Shown here one piece after another: positions 59,407-64,000 of a DNA stretch of 64,000 bases. A model generated the notes under the pieces. It did not search any database. It had not been told where the DNA came from and saw nothing but the letters and a program-made list of their open reading frames with translations. The DNA lies in contig CAVSPA010000005.1 of NCBI GenBank assembly GCA_963729715.1, forward strand, positions 448,001 to 512,000, written 5' to 3'. The DNA comes from an uncultured delta proteobacterium. GTDB taxonomy: Bacteria; Desulfobacterota; Syntrophia; Syntrophales; UBA2185. Every line of letters begins with the position of its first letter. The stretch's first letter is position 1. The translations under genes were made by a program, and so were the position numbers.

Positions 59407-59546
59407 GATGCTTCTCCTAATTGTTTTCTGTTGGGATAAGCTTATGAATATGATGCATTATCAGATTGGGGTTCCCGTAGATCTCTGCCACCGGGCATTC
59501 TGCAATCATCAAACTGCTGTTCAACAAGACGCCGGCAACGGATTGT

Positions 59547-59990
59547 TCACTTCAATAGGGCACGCTTTATTGCTGCGCCATCGATGCCCAGTTCCTTCTC
59601 CAATCTCTCGTTTTTCTGGCTTTGATTATATAACCAAAATAATGCGACAATGGCAATCAGGCTTTCGCCGATATATCGGCCCGTCACATATACTAAGATG
59701 ATGTTGAACAATATCAGGAAGCCCAGGGAAACGATTATATAGGTTGAATGTTTTTCCGAAACGAACCTGCTTTGCTGGCTAAGGAAAAGTATCCCGATGA
59801 GAATAACAATCGGTGTGTCATATATGATATCACCGGTTGAGCCATATGACTTGGTGTTCAATACGAGGTATAAGATAAGTACCACGTAAACTATGCCTTT
59901 CATCCTCATGACTGCTGCCTTCCACTCACCAAACCTTTGAGCGTCAGCTCCGGGAAAATCGGATGCAACCAGATTCTTAAATTTTTTCAT
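59547..59990 (-). CDS. Hypothetical membrane protein (4 TM)
   Basis: GAGGA RBS; four hydrophobic segments. Confidence 0.65.
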   Translation of the reverse strand: MKKFKNLVASDFPGADAQRFGEWKAAVMRMKGIVYVVLILYLVLNTKSYGSTGDIIYDTPIVILIGILFLSQQSRFVSEKHSTYIIVSLGFLILFNIILVYVTGRYIGESLIAIVALFWLYNQSQKNERLEKELGIDGAAIKRALLK

Positions 59991-60129
59991 CTCAGTCCTC
60001 TTCTTACTGGATATTTACCATCAAGTATAAATTCGTCTTTTCGTAACAAGGAGTTTTTCAGATATATAATTTGTAAATTGCTTCGGTAATCTGCATCTTT
60101 CCCGGAAATTTATCAAGTGCAGAATTCAG

Positions 60130-60735
60130 TCAACAGCATGCAGCGGGGGGGAAATATCGATCGACAGCTTCTTCCACTTCCGTGAGCCATCTTGTCCGCT
60201 GCTTTCGTGTACTGGTAACAATTGCGCCGAACATCCTGCGATGAATGATTTTAACCCCACAAAGGCCGAATATACAGTTTTTCCAAAGAGTCTCAAGGGG
60301 ATCGCCAAATACGTTCATCTCCCTTTCCTCCGGTGTATTGGACGTATTGAAGACGATAGCAGTATCAGCTCTCAGCAGGCCCTGGGGAATCCCTCCTCCG
60401 CCGTCACCTTCTCGAAACTCATAGGCCACTCCTGGCCTGAATACTCTATCAATCCATCCCTTCAGGATTGCCGGCGGCTGGCCCCACCAATTGGGATGGA
60501 CTATTACAAATCCTTCTGCAGAGGCCGCTTCTGAACAATGCGTTTCGATAGGCGGAGTGAGCAAGACACCCTGAGGGACTTCCCCTTCATGAAGGACAGG
60601 ATCAAACCCTTCCTCATAGAGGTCGTGAAAAATTACTTCGTGCCCATTTCTTCGCAACTTTCGCGCGGCCGTCTCAGCAATAGCCCGATTGAAACTCTCA
60701 ATATTAGGATGCGCGACAATCACCAGCATCTTCAT
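60130..60735 (-). CDS. Flavodoxin-like NAD(P)H dehydrogenase (quinone) family
   Basis: AHP...SFN, DLY..FDP, P.WWGQPPAILKGWIDRV. Confidence 0.9.
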   Translation of the reverse strand: MKMLVIVAHPNIESFNRAIAETAARKLRRNGHEVIFHDLYEEGFDPVLHEGEVPQGVLLTPPIETHCSEAASAEGFVIVHPNWWGQPPAILKGWIDRVFRPGVAYEFREGDGGGGIPQGLLRADTAIVFNTSNTPEEREMNVFGDPLETLWKNCIFGLCGVKIIHRRMFGAIVTSTRKQRTRWLTEVEEAVDRYFPPAACC

Positions 60736-60817
60736 TAATCTTAACCCTTTTAGGTTTGAAATAATGCGATTCTTGCAGACCTCGTGCTGCCTGATGGAAC
60801 AACGGCAGACGTGGAGT

Positions 60818-62503
60818 CTATGCTCTCGTCAACTGCCGGTACTTGATCCGGTGCGGCTGGTCGGCTGCAGCGCCGAGGCGCATCTTTCTGTCCGCTTCAT
60901 ACTCCGAGTAGTTCCCGTCAAACCAGACGGTTTTGCTGTCACCCTCGAAGGCAAGGATGTGTGTGGCGATGCGGTCGAGGAACCAGCGGTCATGACTAAT
61001 CACAACGGCGCAGCCGGCAAAGTTCTCGAGCGCTTCCTCGAGCGCCCGCAAGGTATTCACATCGAGATCATTTGTTGGTTCGTCGAGGAGGAGCACATTG
61101 GCCCCCTCCTTCAGCATCCGGGCCAGATGGACCCGGTTCCTTTCGCCTCCGGAAAGCATGCCGACCTTTTTCTGCTGGTCCGTACCGGAAAAATTGAAAC
61201 GTCCGACGTAGGCACGGGAGTTGATTTTGAGGTCACCCAGCTCTACTTGTTCCTGGCCCTCAGAAATTACTTCCCAGATATTCTTGCCCGGATCAAGAAC
61301 ATCACGGCTCTGATCCACATATGAAAGCTTGACTGTTTCTCCTATTCTGATCGTGCCGGAGTCCGGTTTTTCCTGGCCTGTAACCATTCTGAACAGTGTA
61401 GTTTTCCCCGCGCCGTTAGGGCCGATTACACCGACAATCCCACCGGGAGGGAGGGAAAAAGACATCCCCTCTATAAGAAGACGGTCACCGTATGCCTTGC
61501 CTACGTCGTCTGCCTCAATGACTACTTGACCAAGTCGCGGCCCGGGCGGGATATATATTTGCAGGTCTCTCGCATGTTTCTCGCCCTCCTCCTTCAAGAG
61601 AGCCTCGTACGAACTGATGCGGGCCTTGGACTTCGCATGCCTTCCCTTCGGTGACATGCGTATCCATTCCAGTTCACGCTGTAAGGTACGCTGGCGCTCG
61701 GTTTCCTTTTTTTCCTCCACTTCCAGGCGTTTCTGTTTCTGTTCCAGCCACGATGAATAGTTACCCTGCCAGGGAATCCCCTGCCCGCGATCCAGCTCCA
61801 GGATCCAACCCGCCACATTATCGAGGAAATACCTGTCGTGGGTCACGGCAATGACGGTGCCGTGGTAGCGCTGCAGGTGGTGCTCCAGCCAGGCTACCGT
61901 TTCGGCATCGAGATGGTTGGTCGGTTCATCAAGAAGAAGTATGTCCGGTTTCTGGAGCAGCAGCCTGCAGAGGGCCACACGCCGCCTCTCTCCACCGGAT
62001 AGGACCGTCACAGGAGTATCTCCCGGCGGGCAGCGAAGGGCATCCATGGCCATTTCCAGCCTGGCATCGATGTCCCAGGCATCAAGGGCGTCGAGCTTTT
62101 CCTGAACCTCTCCCTGATGTTCGATGAGCTTGTTCATCTCCTCATCAGACATGGGTTCGTTAAATTGCTCGGTAATCATGTTGAATTCATTTAGAAGAAA
62201 AACAGTTCCCTGCACTCCCTCCTCGACGATCGCCCGCGCGGTCTTCTTCTCGTCCAGGCGTGGCTCCTGTTCGAGAAACCCGACGGTGTGTCCCGGAGAC
62301 AGGATCGTCTTTCCGTTGAAGTCCTGGTCAGCCCCCGCAAGTATGCGCAGGAGAGAGCTCTTGCCGGAACCGTTAAGACCGAGGACGCCTATCTTGGCGC
62401 CGTAGAAATAGGAGAGATAGATGTCTTTCAGCACCGCTTTCTTGTCATAATACTTGGAGACACCGATCATGGAATAAATTACTTTGGTTGTTTCATTGGA
62501 CAT
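60818..62503 (-). CDS. ettA: ABC-F energy-dependent translational throttle protein EttA
   Basis: GAKIGVLGLNGSGKS, LSGGERRRVALC, ELEWIR.SPK.R.AKSKAR, second ABC domain, C-terminal PHRIKY. Start MSNETT. Confidence 0.96.
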   Translation of the reverse strand: MSNETTKVIYSMIGVSKYYDKKAVLKDIYLSYFYGAKIGVLGLNGSGKSSLLRILAGADQDFNGKTILSPGHTVGFLEQEPRLDEKKTARAIVEEGVQGTVFLLNEFNMITEQFNEPMSDEEMNKLIEHQGEVQEKLDALDAWDIDARLEMAMDALRCPPGDTPVTVLSGGERRRVALCRLLLQKPDILLLDEPTNHLDAETVAWLEHHLQRYHGTVIAVTHDRYFLDNVAGWILELDRGQGIPWQGNYSSWLEQKQKRLEVEEKKETERQRTLQRELEWIRMSPKGRHAKSKARISSYEALLKEEGEKHARDLQIYIPPGPRLGQVVIEADDVGKAYGDRLLIEGMSFSLPPGGIVGVIGPNGAGKTTLFRMVTGQEKPDSGTIRIGETVKLSYVDQSRDVLDPGKNIWEVISEGQEQVELGDLKINSRAYVGRFNFSGTDQQKKVGMLSGGERNRVHLARMLKEGANVLLLDEPTNDLDVNTLRALEEALENFAGCAVVISHDRWFLDRIATHILAFEGDSKTVWFDGNYSEYEADRKMRLGAAADQPHRIKYRQLTRA

Positions 62504-62577
62504 GTATCCTGATAATCTCCTTCCATCATCAACAAAAATTATGCCTTCCACCCATTTTCCAAATGGGGCGGCGGAAG

Positions 62578-63417
62578 TTATTGTCCGTGATCCGGTGCGG
62601 CAAGATAGCGGTCAATTATCACTCCTGTGTTTGCAATAAGTTCAGAAAAAGCCTTTTCATTGTTATTATCCCTTATAATAAACGGAATGGCTTGCACTTC
62701 AGCCGAAAAAATCTCCTGCAGCAATCTTGCTGTATCGCGTTTTCTCCGTTCAACTTTTTCCGGTGCACTGTAGCTGCTTCCGTTCTCTTCGTTACCTCCG
62801 AAATCATCGATAAGCAAGATATGCCTGACTCCGCCCATGTGAAGACCTTGTTTCAGAATTTCCCAGAACCGGAGATTGTCCTTATGGAAACCGAGGTCCG
62901 CAGAATTAGCTACGATGACCGCTGTACTGCCGGGAGCGGTCATGGCTGCTCTTGCCCCAGCCGCCTGGATATGCAATTCTTTAAGAAATTGCAAGATGTA
63001 ACCTGTCGCTTCGGCATAATGATCTGTAGCAATGATCACTCTTACGGAAGGATGCCGATTTAGCTTATCCAAAACGGCCTGCCAGCAGCCGTCGATCCGG
63101 GAATGGCTGAGATAACTATCTACAAATAAAGATGCCGCATCAGAAATCGTCGCGTTGGAGGAGATGGACATATTCTGATGGAGAATAGCTCTTATTCTGT
63201 CCGCCATGACTTTCTTATATCCTACTTGCGTCGTGCTCCCTTCCACCCAGGTAGGATTGACGATCTGTTCCCAGAATATGCCGGAGTTGGTGACTCCCAG
63301 ATCCATCAGGCCGCTTTCCTTGAGTTGTTTCATCAAGTAGTCGGGCCGACCGAATAAGGTGGATTCCAGACTGAGGGTTCCCGAGTAGTCGAAGATGATC
63401 AGCTTTCCTGCAAGCAT
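62578..63417 (-). CDS. Hypothetical HAD-like protein
   Basis: IIFDYSGTL (DxxGT-like), ATD, K, LLIDD. Confidence 0.6.
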   Translation of the reverse strand: MLAGKLIIFDYSGTLSLESTLFGRPDYLMKQLKESGLMDLGVTNSGIFWEQIVNPTWVEGSTTQVGYKKVMADRIRAILHQNMSISSNATISDAASLFVDSYLSHSRIDGCWQAVLDKLNRHPSVRVIIATDHYAEATGYILQFLKELHIQAAGARAAMTAPGSTAVIVANSADLGFHKDNLRFWEILKQGLHMGGVRHILLIDDFGGNEENGSSYSAPEKVERRKRDTARLLQEIFSAEVQAIPFIIRDNNNEKAFSELIANTGVIIDRYLAAPDHGQ

Positions 63418-63426
63418 AAAGGATCC

Positions 63427-64000
63427 CTATGTCCCCCGATTTTTCAAGGCTGCCTGGATGATTGCATTAATTTCCCGGGAAGCACGCAAAGGATCGGGTG
63501 CCGCACAGATGGCGGAGACGACAGCAATACAGTCGGCTCCCGCCATGACCGCATCTACGGCATTGGACGCATTCAGGCCGCCGATGGCAACCAGCGGGTG
63601 GCGTGAATAGGCCTTGATTCTCGCGAGTCCTTCCAAGCCCCAGTTCCCTTTCGTATCGGTCTTGGTGGGTGTTTCACAGACGGGGCTAACACCGAGGTAA
63701 TTGATATCGAATGCCTCTGCCTCCACCACGTCATTCCATGTTTCCACGGAGAGACCAATGATGGCCTTTGGCCCCATGAGTCTCCTGGCTTCGGCATAAG
63801 GCATGTCGTCCTGCCCGATATGGACTCCATCGGCCCCGCTGGCAAGTGCCACGTCAATGCGGTCATTTATGATGAGAGGCACATGGAATCCGGCCGCGAG
63901 GGCCTTCATCTTATGCGCCTCTTCCACAAAAAAACGGGTGGATATATTTTTTTCACGGAGCTGTATGCAGGCTGCGCCGCCCACGAGGGCATTGTGCACC
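63427..64000 (-). CDS. thiE: Thiamine-phosphate synthase ThiE (5' end outside the window)
   Basis: QLREK, INDR.DVALA..ADGVHIGQDD, GLS, TPTK, VAIGG, VVSAI. Confidence 0.95.
   Translation of the reverse strand, partial: VHNALVGGAACIQLREKNISTRFFVEEAHKMKALAAGFHVPLIINDRIDVALASGADGVHIGQDDMPYAEARRLMGPKAIIGLSVETWNDVVEAEAFDINYLGVSPVCETPTKTDTKGNWGLEGLARIKAYSRHPLVAIGGLNASNAVDAVMAGADCIAVVSAICAAPDPLRASREINAIIQAALKNRGT

Noticed and set aside
60130..60140. Cys-Cys-TGA at the end of the flavodoxin-like gene as Sec read-through
   Set aside because: The domain is already complete, and the downstream sequence is AT-rich with no clear SECIS.
1..64000. Numerous short antisense or alternate-frame ORFs in the track
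   Set aside because: They are shadows of well-supported genes, with no motifs or RBS.
1..64000. CRISPR array, rRNA, prophage, integrase, known riboswitches
   Set aside because: No regularly spaced repeats or recognisable motifs found by eye; an Rfam scan would be needed to exclude riboswitches fully.

Overview
64-kb bacterial chromosomal segment. Gene content and order (mfd-surA-surA-uvrA, nikR, hgcAB, type IV pilin, sufC-sufB pair) suggest an anaerobic deltaproteobacterium, probably Syntrophales-like; this is inference. It holds about 60 mostly housekeeping or stress genes, a tRNA-Sec, one IS200-type element and three copies of a short palindromic IS200/IS605-end-like repeat. No CRISPR array, rRNA or prophage was seen. 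Most notable: (1) a mercury-methylation operon hgcAB behind a Cys-rich MarR-family regulator, with a near-consensus sigma70 promoter, a perfect palindromic operator over the -10 box and an apparently leaderless start; (2) a metallophosphoesterase fused to a Pol-beta-type nucleotidyltransferase; (3) an arsS-DedA-flavin disulfide reductase cassette; (4) paired NikR boxes with no nickel transporter behind them; (5) an aromatic-rich pilin; (6) several interrupted genes (TAG in sufB, TGA in a DUF2231-like gene, frameshift in a trpF-like gene, truncated PAS gene). All calls come from motif recognition by eye; no database searches were run.
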